Shown piece after piece: positions 45,586-54,675 of a DNA stretch of 64,000 bases. Numbering within the stretch: position 1 is the first letter of the stretch; each line of letters opens with the position of its first letter. The stretch is taken from positions 1-64,000 of the IMG/VR virus record IMGVR_UViG_3300009093_000034. One strand, given 5' to 3'. Position numbers and translations under genes: made by a program. Below the pieces are notes generated by a model. The model searched no databases. It was not told the origin of the DNA and saw only the letters and a list, made by a program, of their open reading frames with translations.

Positions 45586-45962
45586 TGGCTCCTGTGTTTC
45601 CTTTTTTTATGTTCGCTGGACTCTTTTCTAAAAAGAAAGAAGAGACTAAGGTACCAGAGGTTCAAACTTATCCTGATCGATTCTTCGCTTTAGATCAATC
45701 AGAGACTGAAAGACTCATGAAGGATCATGAAAATGGAGATCCTCATATCTCTTTCCGGGTCTACAAGAATCTTCAATACTACCGAAAGTTGGTAGCTAAT
45801 TACAACGAAAAGTACCAGATGTCAGTAGTCATTTCTCCTAACGAGATGAAGTTATTCAAGAAAGAAAGAGACGATGATCTAGAAGTACTCAGGGAGTACT
45901 CTCGTCAGATCATTGCTCATTTACGGGAAGAAGCTTTTACAGGATTTTATTGGAAAAAATGA
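45582..45962 (+). CDS. Hypothetical protein
   Basis: ATGA coupling. Confidence 0.65.
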   Translation: MMAPVFPFFMFAGLFSKKKEETKVPEVQTYPDRFFALDQSETERLMKDHENGDPHISFRVYKNLQYYRKLVANYNEKYQMSVVISPNEMKLFKKERDDDLEVLREYSRQIIAHLREEAFTGFYWKK

Positions 45963-46103
45963 TGTCTAAAATTAAAACGTGTGATGAAAAAATTGTCTTT
46001 TGAACGATTTTTGCTCTTGTAGCAAGATCCAAATCTCTCCTCTTTATCTAGTTGTCATAGCAATCGGATTAGCTATAGGAATTGCTTTGATCAAGGTTTT
46101 TAT

Positions 46104-46532
46104 ATGAGATTCACTCAAGAATGGTTTAGAAACTCACCACAAGAAGAAGTCAAGCTATTGAATGGTGAGGAAGTTTGGGTCTGCGATTACAGATTCACCT
46201 CATTAGGCAACAAGCCTATTCGAGTCATTGTTCCGACTCTTTGTATCATCCACGTCAGTTTTTACGTGGACAAGTACTATCCTAGAGGAAACCCGATTCC
46301 TGTTGTAGAACTCAAGATCAAGAAGAACGGAAAAGATCTTAAGGTAGAAGACAACACAACGGCCTACAACAACTGGCTGAAGATCTTTAACGATGAACAA
46401 GAGTGCAGAGCTTTCTTCAGAGAACAAATGACCGAAAACCTTGATGACCTAGACGAGTGGGAAAAAGGTCAGATAGAAAGAGCTGCAGAACTCAGAGCTA
46501 CAATGCACAAGCTCCTAAAGGAACACGGATGA
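46104..46532 (+). CDS. Hypothetical protein
   Basis: Packed array. Confidence 0.65.
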   Translation: MRFTQEWFRNSPQEEVKLLNGEEVWVCDYRFTSLGNKPIRVIVPTLCIIHVSFYVDKYYPRGNPIPVVELKIKKNGKDLKVEDNTTAYNNWLKIFNDEQECRAFFREQMTENLDDLDEWEKGQIERAAELRATMHKLLKEHG

Positions 46533-47329
46533 GCAACAAATTTAAGAACGATTCACTTGGAACAAGGATGAAGGAGAACTATGAGAACAGATCAAAGATC
46601 TTTCTCCCTCGTAGAACCTACATCATCCTTCGTGTGGATGGCAAAGCTTTTCACACATACACGCGTGGTCTATTAAGGCCTTTCGACCAGGGTTTGGTCG
46701 AAGACATGGACGCTACGGCAATCTACCTTTGCAAGAACATCATGGGTGCTCAGTTCGCCTATGTACAGTCTGACGAGATCTCTATTCTTCTCACAGACTT
46801 TGACACCAACGAGACCCAATCTTGGTTTGACAACAATGTCCAGAAGCTTGCCTCAGTCTCTGCTTCTATGGCAACCTCAGCTTTCAACAAGGCCAGGATT
46901 TCAAGGTTCATGGCTACTACGACAGCAGTTCCTCTCGAGGATGCTGTGGACAAATTGACTTGGGCAGAGTTTGACTCTCGTGCCTTCCAGATCCCTCAGA
47001 AAGTTGAAGTAGAGAACTACTTCATCTGGCGTCAGCAGGATGCTACAAGAAACGCCATCTCCAGTGCTGCTCAATCTGTCTACTCCCACAAAGAACTTGA
47101 GGGAAAGTCTGGAGATGAGAAGCAAGAGATGATGTTTCAGAGAGGCATCAACTTCAACGACTATGATCCTAAGTACAAAAGAGGTCGTTTGATCGTTACA
47201 GAAACTTTTCCAAGTATCTCAGTTACATCAGGTGACATGGCAATTAGAACAAAATGGGTCTCCACGGCCGCTCCTATCTTCACTCAAGATAGAGATGATC
47301 TCTCTGATAGAATTCCAGAAAGTAGGTAA
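46529..47329 (+). CDS. thg1: tRNA(His) guanylyltransferase / 3'-5' polymerase
   Basis: RMKENYE, IILRVDGKAFHTYT, YVQSDEISILL, WFDNNVQKLASVSAS, FDSRAF, YFIWRQQDATRNAI, YKRG. Confidence 0.92.
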   Translation: MSNKFKNDSLGTRMKENYENRSKIFLPRRTYIILRVDGKAFHTYTRGLLRPFDQGLVEDMDATAIYLCKNIMGAQFAYVQSDEISILLTDFDTNETQSWFDNNVQKLASVSASMATSAFNKARISRFMATTTAVPLEDAVDKLTWAEFDSRAFQIPQKVEVENYFIWRQQDATRNAISSAAQSVYSHKELEGKSGDEKQEMMFQRGINFNDYDPKYKRGRLIVTETFPSISVTSGDMAIRTKWVSTAAPIFTQDRDDLSDRIPESR

Positions 47330-47332
47330 GAC

Positions 47333-47662
47333 ATGGAACGAGACACAGGTCCATTTAGGATCGAAGACGAAGAAGAACCAGACCTCGGACCAACCTCTGA
47401 GATTGAAGTAGTTGAAGGAGCTAGTTCTTCTGCTGAAGATAGCGAAGATTACTCCCCAAATGTCAAGATCTTCATTGACAAGGACTACTCTGGAGCCCTT
47501 TGGGTTCCTGAGAGAGATCTTCTTGAGAACATGAGTGTGGACCAGTTGGTTCTTTATTGGAGTGATCCTTATGCTCCTATCGAAGTTCCTGCTCATGTGG
47601 TAGCTCAGCTTAAAGCCAAGGCTCACAGCCAGCTAGGATACTTGAACAAGAAACGAAGGTAA
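47333..47662 (+). CDS. Hypothetical acidic protein
   Basis: Packed array. Confidence 0.65.
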   Translation: MERDTGPFRIEDEEEPDLGPTSEIEVVEGASSSAEDSEDYSPNVKIFIDKDYSGALWVPERDLLENMSVDQLVLYWSDPYAPIEVPAHVVAQLKAKAHSQLGYLNKKRR

Positions 47663-47666
47663 GAAC

Positions 47667-47900
47667 ATGAGCTGTTTAGTTTGTGGCCAAAATGCGTTTG
47701 ATAGGATTGACATCACTATCCCTGGAGTTCCCAGAGTATATTTGAAATCCTCTAGAGGAGAAGTTGATCTTTCATTTTGCACGATCTGCGGAACTGTCAA
47801 AGCTGACGTGCCCTTCCCATCTACAACTAGAGCTGCTTTGTTAGAAGATAGATATAAAAAGATCTTAGAAAGAAACAGTGGTTTGTCCACAGATCCTTGA
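47667..47900 (+). CDS. Small Zn-ribbon protein
   Basis: CLVCG...CTICG. Confidence 0.65.
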   Translation: MSCLVCGQNAFDRIDITIPGVPRVYLKSSRGEVDLSFCTICGTVKADVPFPSTTRAALLEDRYKKILERNSGLSTDP

Positions 47901-47931
47901 GATATTGTAGTCAACTCAAGGAGGTTTCATC

Positions 47932-48162
47932 ATGCCCGCTATTTCGGATATGGTCGAGAAGTACAAGGAACGAGTGATCGTTCTGGAACGGAAGATCTCG
48001 AACGCTGGTTACGGTGGATCCTCTGACTACACGTCGGAGACTGAACGTGAGACCTTGATTGAGGTCATCAATGATCTCGAGGCCATGTCTGGTCTCGAAA
48101 GAACCATCTTCCCTGAACCCTTCAAGGAAGGTTGGCACGGAATGATTGGAGGTCCGAACTAA
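47932..48162 (+). CDS. Hypothetical protein
   Basis: AGGAGG RBS; TGAGATATTGT at 47898. Confidence 0.75.
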   Translation: MPAISDMVEKYKERVIVLERKISNAGYGGSSDYTSETERETLIEVINDLEAMSGLERTIFPEPFKEGWHGMIGGPN

Positions 48163-48546
48163 ATGGACGACACTGCTAAGGCATTTTCAGGACTTGCGAT
48201 TCTTCTTCTGCTCATCTTGTGGTGTTGTGGAAGTTGCATCGGGACGGTCAGCAATCAGGCTGACATGACCGCTACTGTTATCAAAGCAGAACGGATTAAC
48301 AATAGGTCCAACAACGGATCTCGTTACTTGGTCTTTACCAAGGACGTGAAGAGTCTGAGCGGAGACAGCTCTGCAACTGAAGAGGTCTTCGAAGACACCG
48401 ATGAGTGGGTCTTCGGAAAGTTCAACTCTTCGGATCTGTACGGAAGCCTGACTCCCGGTACTCGTTATCAGTTCCACGTGTCTGGTGTTCGTAACCAGAT
48501 GTTCTCGTGGTATCGCAACATCATCAAAGCTGAAGAGGTGAAGTAA
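48163..48546 (+). CDS. Membrane-anchored/secreted phage protein
   Basis: N-terminal hydrophobic segment, then YLVFT...FEDTD..FGKFNSSDLYGSL...WYRNII. Confidence 0.7.
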   Translation: MDDTAKAFSGLAILLLLILWCCGSCIGTVSNQADMTATVIKAERINNRSNNGSRYLVFTKDVKSLSGDSSATEEVFEDTDEWVFGKFNSSDLYGSLTPGTRYQFHVSGVRNQMFSWYRNIIKAEEVK

Positions 48547-48547
48547 C

Positions 48548-49006
48548 ATGTCCAAGACTCCTGCTGAACAACTTTCCATTGCGATCTCGATCGCTTCGAA
48601 GGGCCATGAAGGGGTCTTGGATAAGGGCGGCTCGCCCTACATCCTTCATCCTCTTCACGTGATGAACGCTGTTGCCCATCTTGGCTATCTGTGCATGGCT
48701 GCTGGTGTTCTTCATGACACTATTGAAGACACTGACACCACTGCTCAGAATCTGCGTGACGCTGGTCTCGAAGAGAACGTGGTCATGACTGTCTTGGCCG
48801 TCTCTCGCCCTAATGGAGTTCTCTATGATGACTTCATCAAGGCGATTGGAGCTACCCCCGGTATCGTAGGAACTTGGGCTCGGGCCATCAAGTTGGCTGA
48901 CATCGAACACAACTCTACCGTCACTCGCCTCAAGGGTGTGGCTAAGAAGGACTTCGATCGTCTTCAGAAGTATGTCTATGCATACCAGTATCTGAAGGAA
49001 GTGTAA
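48548..49006 (+). CDS. HD-domain small alarmone hydrolase-like (SpoT HD/Mesh1 family)
   Basis: HEGVLDKGGSPYILHPLHV, AGVLHDTIEDT, IKLADIEHN. Confidence 0.85.
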   Translation: MSKTPAEQLSIAISIASKGHEGVLDKGGSPYILHPLHVMNAVAHLGYLCMAAGVLHDTIEDTDTTAQNLRDAGLEENVVMTVLAVSRPNGVLYDDFIKAIGATPGIVGTWARAIKLADIEHNSTVTRLKGVAKKDFDRLQKYVYAYQYLKEV

Positions 49007-49007
49007 G

Positions 49008-49190
49008 ATGAGTTTCAACTCTGTGGTTACTGCTGTTACTCCTACCTCTCCTCTCAACAAGAAGAACAAGACCAACTTTGGTTTGGAATTCTGGAAGAAG
49101 CTAGCTTCCAAACAGAAGGAAGCAGATCCTGAACGTCACGAATCCAAAGAATACCTTCAGCAACACACCGAAGGATGGGAGGATCTCTAA
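49008..49190 (+). CDS. Hypothetical protein
   Basis: Packed array. Confidence 0.6.
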   Translation: MSFNSVVTAVTPTSPLNKKNKTNFGLEFWKKLASKQKEADPERHESKEYLQQHTEGWEDL

Positions 49191-49432
49191 TGAGTAAAGG
49201 TACTCTTTTCATCCAAGGTAGTGTTGGCCAGGTCTCTGATGCTGATAAGGCTTGGGACCTCGTGGTCAAGGCTGGCGAAGAGAAGATGGATTTAGCTGAT
49301 CGTCTTATTGGCTACAAAGAAAAGTCCATCATGTATGGCTTTGCTTTGAAAGAGATCCGTAAGCTCATCGCTGGTAAGAAAGATACTACCTCGATGGCCA
49401 TCCGAAAGATCATCCTAGAAATTCAATCATGA
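49190..49432 (+). CDS. Hypothetical protein
   Basis: TAATG coupling, GGAGG RBS. Confidence 0.65.
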   Translation: MSKGTLFIQGSVGQVSDADKAWDLVVKAGEEKMDLADRLIGYKEKSIMYGFALKEIRKLIAGKKDTTSMAIRKIILEIQS

Positions 49433-49740
49433 GTTCTGCTACTATTGACGTAGATCCTAAAGATTTGAAAGTCATGAACTCTCATGGCTATGACAACGTT
49501 TTCTTCTGGGATGAAATTCCTTGTACGTGCGACGCCTGTCGACATGTGGTCTCACGTAAGACTCTTGTGAGATCCCAAGAACAAGGGGTCTTTCTTTTGA
49601 TCCACCCTACGAAGTACAGTGAGTACAGCACCATTGTGAACTCCATCTTTCTCAACAGAGTTTTCACTGGAAATGAGATCTGGTTAAGATCTGAGTGCAA
49701 ACGATATGGGATCAAGATCCTCAAAGAGATTCGACTATGA
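49429..49740 (+). CDS. Hypothetical protein
   Basis: ATGA coupling. Confidence 0.65.
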   Translation: MSSATIDVDPKDLKVMNSHGYDNVFFWDEIPCTCDACRHVVSRKTLVRSQEQGVFLLIHPTKYSEYSTIVNSIFLNRVFTGNEIWLRSECKRYGIKILKEIRL

Positions 49741-50069
49741 CAAACAAAAAGAAAAGTATCAAAGATCAAATGAATGATTTGATTTTATCAGACTCTAACA
49801 CCATTCAAGGAAAGTTCAAGATCATCAAAAGCATCAATTGGGATAAATTCCAAGATCATCTTCGACTTGGAATCTTTATCTTTTTGGGAGTTTGGTGTGT
49901 CTTTTCTTTTGTCTGGTGGTGCTTTCACATTCATGGTTGGGGACAAGACCGATCCTTCTTTGGGTTTGCTTGGGCCATTACAGTCAGCATGGAAGGCGTA
50001 ATAGCTGGAATTGGAGCATTCGTTCTTTTTGTCATGTTTGTTCTGTGGCTATTTAAGGTAAACAAATGA
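49737..50069 (+). CDS. Two-TM membrane protein
   Basis: Two hydrophobic segments; ATGA coupling. Confidence 0.65.
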   Translation: MTNKKKSIKDQMNDLILSDSNTIQGKFKIIKSINWDKFQDHLRLGIFIFLGVWCVFSFVWWCFHIHGWGQDRSFFGFAWAITVSMEGVIAGIGAFVLFVMFVLWLFKVNK

Positions 50070-50542
50070 AGATTGCAGAAGCCCGTGAAAAAGTCAAAGA
50101 TCTCATCTGGAACCAAGCTAATGTCTATGGTGACCAGATCATGAGTCGAGATACTCTCGACGCCATTCGTGCTGTTTTGAAAGACAGCCAGAGAAACGCA
50201 AAGAAGACTCCCAAGATTGTCAAGACTCCTAATTTCATGGTAGGTCTTCCTAAGTTTGAAGGAAAGATCGGTGAAGAGATTCCTGTAAAGTTTGGAAACA
50301 AAGTTTACAAGACTAGAATCGACCACATGGGAACTCAAAGATTTCTCCCCATCCCCGGCTACGAAAAGTACGCTGAAGACTTCATGATCGATGGTGGACC
50401 TAACGAGTGGATAGCCCGTATGTACAAGGGAGAACTTACTAGTCAGGAAGTTTTCAATCGTAGAATCGGTGGTTATAGTATCAGTGGTTTCTGTGATTGC
50501 TACCCTAGCTACCAGTGCATCAATCCTCTTTGGGAGACCTGA
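50066..50542 (+). CDS. Hypothetical protein
   Basis: ATGA coupling. Confidence 0.7.
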   Translation: MKIAEAREKVKDLIWNQANVYGDQIMSRDTLDAIRAVLKDSQRNAKKTPKIVKTPNFMVGLPKFEGKIGEEIPVKFGNKVYKTRIDHMGTQRFLPIPGYEKYAEDFMIDGGPNEWIARMYKGELTSQEVFNRRIGGYSISGFCDCYPSYQCINPLWET

Positions 50543-50548
50543 AGTTCA

Positions 50549-50791
50549 ATGAGAATCAAACCTCCTGTTCCAGACCCTTACGAACACATTCATGGAAAGT
50601 TCGTCCCCTTCTTCTACAGAACTTGTTTAGATTGTAAAGACAAGGTTAAGGGAGAACCTGTGTGGCAGGTTATCATCCATGAGTTCCACGGTTTCGAAGA
50701 TCCTCGTGTACCAAAGACAAAGTACATTTGCTTTCAATGTGCTCCTGACATTGCCAAAGCTAATAAAATAAGAAAGGAACATAGCAGATGA
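50549..50791 (+). CDS. Small Zn-binding protein
   Basis: CLDC...CFQC. Confidence 0.65.
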   Translation: MRIKPPVPDPYEHIHGKFVPFFYRTCLDCKDKVKGEPVWQVIIHEFHGFEDPRVPKTKYICFQCAPDIAKANKIRKEHSR

Positions 50792-50991
50792 AAGATCTTA
50801 TCGAAGCTCTCCAGATTTTCCTAAAGTACAGTGATACAGACTACCCAACTAACTGTACTCATGATTGTCTTTATGTCGATGTGGATCCTGAACTTGTATC
50901 AGATGAAGACAAAGTTCATCTTAGCGAACTAAGCTTTGATCCTGATGAGGATAGTCCAGGATTTTACTCTTATCGTTTTGGGTCTTGCTAA
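50788..50991 (+). CDS. Conserved-type small phage protein
   Basis: DLIEALQIFLKY...PTNCTHDCLYV...SYRFGSC. Confidence 0.7.
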   Translation: MKDLIEALQIFLKYSDTDYPTNCTHDCLYVDVDPELVSDEDKVHLSELSFDPDEDSPGFYSYRFGSC

Positions 50992-51426
50992 ATGACTTTA
51001 GTTTGGAAGGACCTAGGTCCCATCGATGATCGTAAACCTAACGCTGTAGATCGTTGGGATGCTACTAAGGTTTATACTCTTGGTAACATCGTAAACTATC
51101 AAGCTCACTTCTACAAAGTAAAGTACTTTATGGAAGGAGAGGAAGAACCTCCTGAAGCTACAGTTGTCCAAGTAGGTCTTCCTCCTGGAACTAAGATAGA
51201 GAAAGGTCCTCTTCTTGGACTATTAGAGAAGATGAGAGCCGAGGCCATGAACTCCTTAACTTCGAGTTCCAAAGTGCTAGAACGTCTCACTTCTACCAAT
51301 CTCAACTTTCCTAGACTTGGTGCGATCAACGACATAATGATTGAACGAAGTAATGTCTTGGAAAGAATCAGAACCATCGATGAGATTGTCATCGAGGCAC
51401 AATACTTAGGATTGATCAAAATATGA
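50992..51426 (+). CDS. Hypothetical protein (N-terminal carbohydrate-binding-like W-x-A-x-x-V-Y motif)
   Basis: WDATKVYTLGNIVNYQAHFYK resembles ChtBD3/CBM5-12 modules. Confidence 0.5.
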   Translation: MTLVWKDLGPIDDRKPNAVDRWDATKVYTLGNIVNYQAHFYKVKYFMEGEEEPPEATVVQVGLPPGTKIEKGPLLGLLEKMRAEAMNSLTSSSKVLERLTSTNLNFPRLGAINDIMIERSNVLERIRTIDEIVIEAQYLGLIKI

Positions 51427-51722
51427 AAGCACTAGATCAAAATTCAGAAGAACTTAATCCTGGAGACAGGATCGCTTGGGCCTCTCAGCATGGTCACACT
51501 TGCTATCTCAAGATTGGCAAGATCATCTCTGTCGAGATGAAGAAGGTTAATGAGTGGTCTGATCGGGTCAAGTGCGTGATCAAGGCCGAGACCACAATGG
51601 TTGAACCTTGGACCTGGAATGGTCAAGACCAACGTAAGACTTACGTTGGAAGAGTGGAGAGCACTCGACTTATTTCTGACGATAGCTCAGACTATTACTT
51701 TGCACAGGCGGTGAAACTATGA
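51423..51722 (+). CDS. Hypothetical SH3-like protein
   Basis: DQNSEELNPGDRIAW. Confidence 0.65.
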   Translation: MKALDQNSEELNPGDRIAWASQHGHTCYLKIGKIISVEMKKVNEWSDRVKCVIKAETTMVEPWTWNGQDQRKTYVGRVESTRLISDDSSDYYFAQAVKL

Positions 51723-52108
51723 AGAAGATTCTCTTAGCTCTTGCTGTCTTTCTTTTGGTCTCTTTTCAAGCTACGGCTTCTATTGCTCCGCCTGAGAAGT
51801 TGACCAATCCAAACCCAGATCCACAAACAGAAGCTCCTGAACCTCAAGTTCAAGGAGAAGATGATCAACAAGTTCCGGATGACGGAATAGAAGATCTTGT
51901 GGTTATCTGGGCAGAGAAGCTTGAAGATCTTAAGGACATGGTCCATGAGTTCTTCGACAAAGGTTATGTCGCTATCGACACGATAAAAGAAGCCATGATG
52001 GCTGAACGAGACGAGAATGGCAATATGACAGGAAACGTTCTGTACGTGTACATTCAAAAGATGGTGAAGTTCAAGACTCCACCTCAAACCCCTCCTGAGG
52101 TAGATTAA
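51719..52108 (+). CDS. Secreted hypothetical protein
   Basis: Signal peptide MKKILLALAVFLLVSFQATA. Confidence 0.7.
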   Translation: MKKILLALAVFLLVSFQATASIAPPEKLTNPNPDPQTEAPEPQVQGEDDQQVPDDGIEDLVVIWAEKLEDLKDMVHEFFDKGYVAIDTIKEAMMAERDENGNMTGNVLYVYIQKMVKFKTPPQTPPEVD

Positions 52109-52109
52109 G

Positions 52110-52448
52110 ATGGATCCTTCTGAAAAGTTCATCGATGAGTTCAAGTCTAATGCTCAAGACATCGTAAGGAAGTGGCTTCCTGGCCAGAGCTATGGTTACA
52201 ACGAAGTTGTCATTGAACTCGAAGAGATCCTTAGGATCACTATCGACAACATCGCTGGAGTTTGGCGCGTTGAAGATGACACCATCAAGTCAAAGCGTCG
52301 TGATATGGTCAAGATTCTTGCTCACTACTCTCAAAGAGATATGGACGTTGGTTTCTTTAACCAAGGACCACATGAATTGGCTAGAAAGGCCAAAGCTCTT
52401 GTAGATGAAGTGTACAAGATCACCGACCAAAAGTCTAAGCTAACTTAA
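52110..52448 (+). CDS. Hypothetical protein
   Basis: Packed array. Confidence 0.7.
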   Translation: MDPSEKFIDEFKSNAQDIVRKWLPGQSYGYNEVVIELEEILRITIDNIAGVWRVEDDTIKSKRRDMVKILAHYSQRDMDVGFFNQGPHELARKAKALVDEVYKITDQKSKLT

Positions 52449-52477
52449 CTCAGTTTACAAATTCTAACTAAGTTAAG

Positions 52478-53125
52478 ATGAGATTTACTATGAAAAAGCT
52501 ATTCATCACAGTGATGATCTCTCTTTTCTTGTGGGGTTGTACGGTAACCAAGACCGTTGAGGTCTCTCCTACACCTACACCAGATCCTATCGCAGTACAA
52601 CCTCCAACTTTCATTCCTCAAACCATCGAGATGCCCTTGGAGTTTCAACTTCCCATGAAGGACCCTATCGTTACAAGCCGTTTTGGATATCGAAATGACT
52701 TGAAGAAAGGTCCAATGGGTGGTGGAGACTCTATTCACATGGGACTCGACATGATCCCGAAGAATAGAAAGTTGATCCATGCTCCTATCTTGGCAGCAGC
52801 GGATGGAGAGGTTGTTATTGTTTATCCTCCTCCGAGCAAGAAGTTCAAAGGTCATGTCGTTTTTGGTGGTTGTATTCAGATCAAGAGTGACTCCGGCTGG
52901 AGAACCAAGTCTGGAAAGATCATTTGGGCGTACACCTTGTACGGACACATGAGTGATGTTTGGATGACAGAAGGCACCATGGTCAAAGCTGGTCAAGTCA
53001 TAGGTCTGATGGGAAACACAGGACAAGCTGAAGGCTATCACCTCCACTTCGAGGTCTCATTTGACCCTGAAGACTTTCTTCCAGAGCTTGATGCTCTTCC
53101 TACTCTACGAAAGGCTCAAGACTAA
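52478..53125 (+). CDS. M23 family peptidase, predicted lipoprotein
   Basis: Lipobox LWGC; VTSRFGYR, HMGLDM (HxxxD), YGHMS, GQVIGLMGNTG, YHLHFEV. Confidence 0.9.
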   Translation: MRFTMKKLFITVMISLFLWGCTVTKTVEVSPTPTPDPIAVQPPTFIPQTIEMPLEFQLPMKDPIVTSRFGYRNDLKKGPMGGGDSIHMGLDMIPKNRKLIHAPILAAADGEVVIVYPPPSKKFKGHVVFGGCIQIKSDSGWRTKSGKIIWAYTLYGHMSDVWMTEGTMVKAGQVIGLMGNTGQAEGYHLHFEVSFDPEDFLPELDALPTLRKAQD

Positions 53126-53126
53126 C

Positions 53127-53621
53127 ATGTCAGACGAAAAGAAAGTCTACGAAGAAAAGAGAGTTTACATCTACGTCCAAGAACCTGGTCAATATTGCAT
53201 GAGATGCCCAGAGTGTCATGAAGAACATGATCTTCTTTGGTCGGAGTTCAAGAGCTCTATCTGGTGTAACAAGTGCCAGAAGGATCAGTATCTTCCATTG
53301 GACTCTACAGATAGTGGAGTCTTCTCTGGTCCGATCATGCTTCATACCTCTGAGCTCTTAGGCATGCGATTTGATCGTCTCTACATTGAACAAGACAAGA
53401 TCCTTGTTCAAGAGGTCTACATCGACATGACAGACTCAGAGGATGAGATCGTAGAGAAGATCAAGAAGGGAGAGATCGAACTTCTTGATGGACCACAGTA
53501 CCTTGAGTACTTGGACAAACGAAGAAAACATCTTGAGAGCCAAATGTCTACTGGACTGAAGGCTGAGATCAAGGATACTAGGGAACAACAAAATGACACC
53601 GATGATTCAAAAGTTGATTGA
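53127..53621 (+). CDS. Zn-ribbon protein
   Basis: CPEC...WCNKC. Confidence 0.65.
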   Translation: MSDEKKVYEEKRVYIYVQEPGQYCMRCPECHEEHDLLWSEFKSSIWCNKCQKDQYLPLDSTDSGVFSGPIMLHTSELLGMRFDRLYIEQDKILVQEVYIDMTDSEDEIVEKIKKGEIELLDGPQYLEYLDKRRKHLESQMSTGLKAEIKDTREQQNDTDDSKVD

Positions 53622-53904
53622 GAAAAGAGATCGTCAACTCCAACAAAAGAAAGACAAAGATAAGAAAGACAAGCAAAAGGGAACCATCAAGGTTATCAAG
53701 ATGATTGAGAAGATCATCCGAAAAGGACGATTTCCACTACCTGATTGGAACCCAAATTACTTGGGTGGGTTCGATCTTTCTAATCTTCCTAAGTTTAGTT
53801 TGAAGAAGGTTCAGGAAAAGTTTCCTGATCTTAATCTTTCATGGAACTCTAATGAGACTAGTAGTGACGAGTATTCTTTAGACATCTATTTGAAGAGAGT
53901 CTAA
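53593..53904 (+). CDS. Hypothetical basic protein
   Basis: Packed array. Confidence 0.55.
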   Translation: MTPMIQKLIEKRDRQLQQKKDKDKKDKQKGTIKVIKMIEKIIRKGRFPLPDWNPNYLGGFDLSNLPKFSLKKVQEKFPDLNLSWNSNETSSDEYSLDIYLKRV

Positions 53905-54081
53905 ATGAAAAAACCAAAAGAACAAAAACCTAAAGTTGAAGTTGAAGAACATGTAACTGGATCCGTGTTCTCTTTCCAGTTACCAGACTCTTTCTATGAG
54001 TCTGAGATCTACAAGAACAACTCTGGTGGTACAATGACCACAGAACAGTGTCAAAGAGCCAGAGAGAACTATCGTTGGTAA
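53905..54081 (+). CDS. Small hypothetical protein (below the ORF-track cutoff)
   Basis: MKKPKEQKPKVEVEEHVTG...RARENYRW fills the gap. Confidence 0.5.
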   Translation: MKKPKEQKPKVEVEEHVTGSVFSFQLPDSFYESEIYKNNSGGTMTTEQCQRARENYRW

Positions 54082-54082
54082 C

Positions 54083-54412
54083 ATGAAAAAACTTTATCAC
54101 AGAATCAAAAAAGTCTATGGTGTTTTTCCCAAGTATGATCTTCACACCTTTCAATTTGAAGGTTCAGAAACTACTATTTTTTTCAGAGTAGTTTCTGATA
54201 GTCCTAGAGTCAATGGAATTTTCACTTTCTTAGATTTTCTCCAAAAGAATGGAGATCTTTTGGTGATTGAAGAGATCACCAAGAAAAAGTTCAAACCTCT
54301 TCCTGATCATCTTTGCGATGGTTGTGGGGAAGAACGAAAATATCACCATGCTGGAACTTTGTGTAGTGATAACAACGGTGGTTTCACTCTTAAAGAAGAA
54401 GATATGATATGA
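54083..54412 (+). CDS. Hypothetical protein
   Basis: Packed array. Confidence 0.6.
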   Translation: MKKLYHRIKKVYGVFPKYDLHTFQFEGSETTIFFRVVSDSPRVNGIFTFLDFLQKNGDLLVIEEITKKKFKPLPDHLCDGCGEERKYHHAGTLCSDNNGGFTLKEEDMI

Positions 54413-54675
54413 GTGGTCCAGCTCCAAAGCATGGACAACCTACCCACCATGAAGCTGTTCATCACGTTTATCTTACTGTAGAACAGATGGAGAAGATGAC
54501 AACTCAACGTCTTCTAGCTTACTTCAAGAAACACTTGATGCATGATCCATTCTATCCTTCCAGTGAAAAAGAAAAACATGACGAGTGGGAGATGGTTAGA
54601 GCTAAAGCTCAAAGTATACTATCAAGTAGAGAACATGTTCCTTCTAAGAGGGAACTCCAAAAGAGAAAGAAATGA
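54409..54675 (+). CDS. Hypothetical protein
   Basis: ATGA coupling. Confidence 0.65.
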   Translation: MSGPAPKHGQPTHHEAVHHVYLTVEQMEKMTTQRLLAYFKKHLMHDPFYPSSEKEKHDEWEMVRAKAQSILSSREHVPSKRELQKRKK

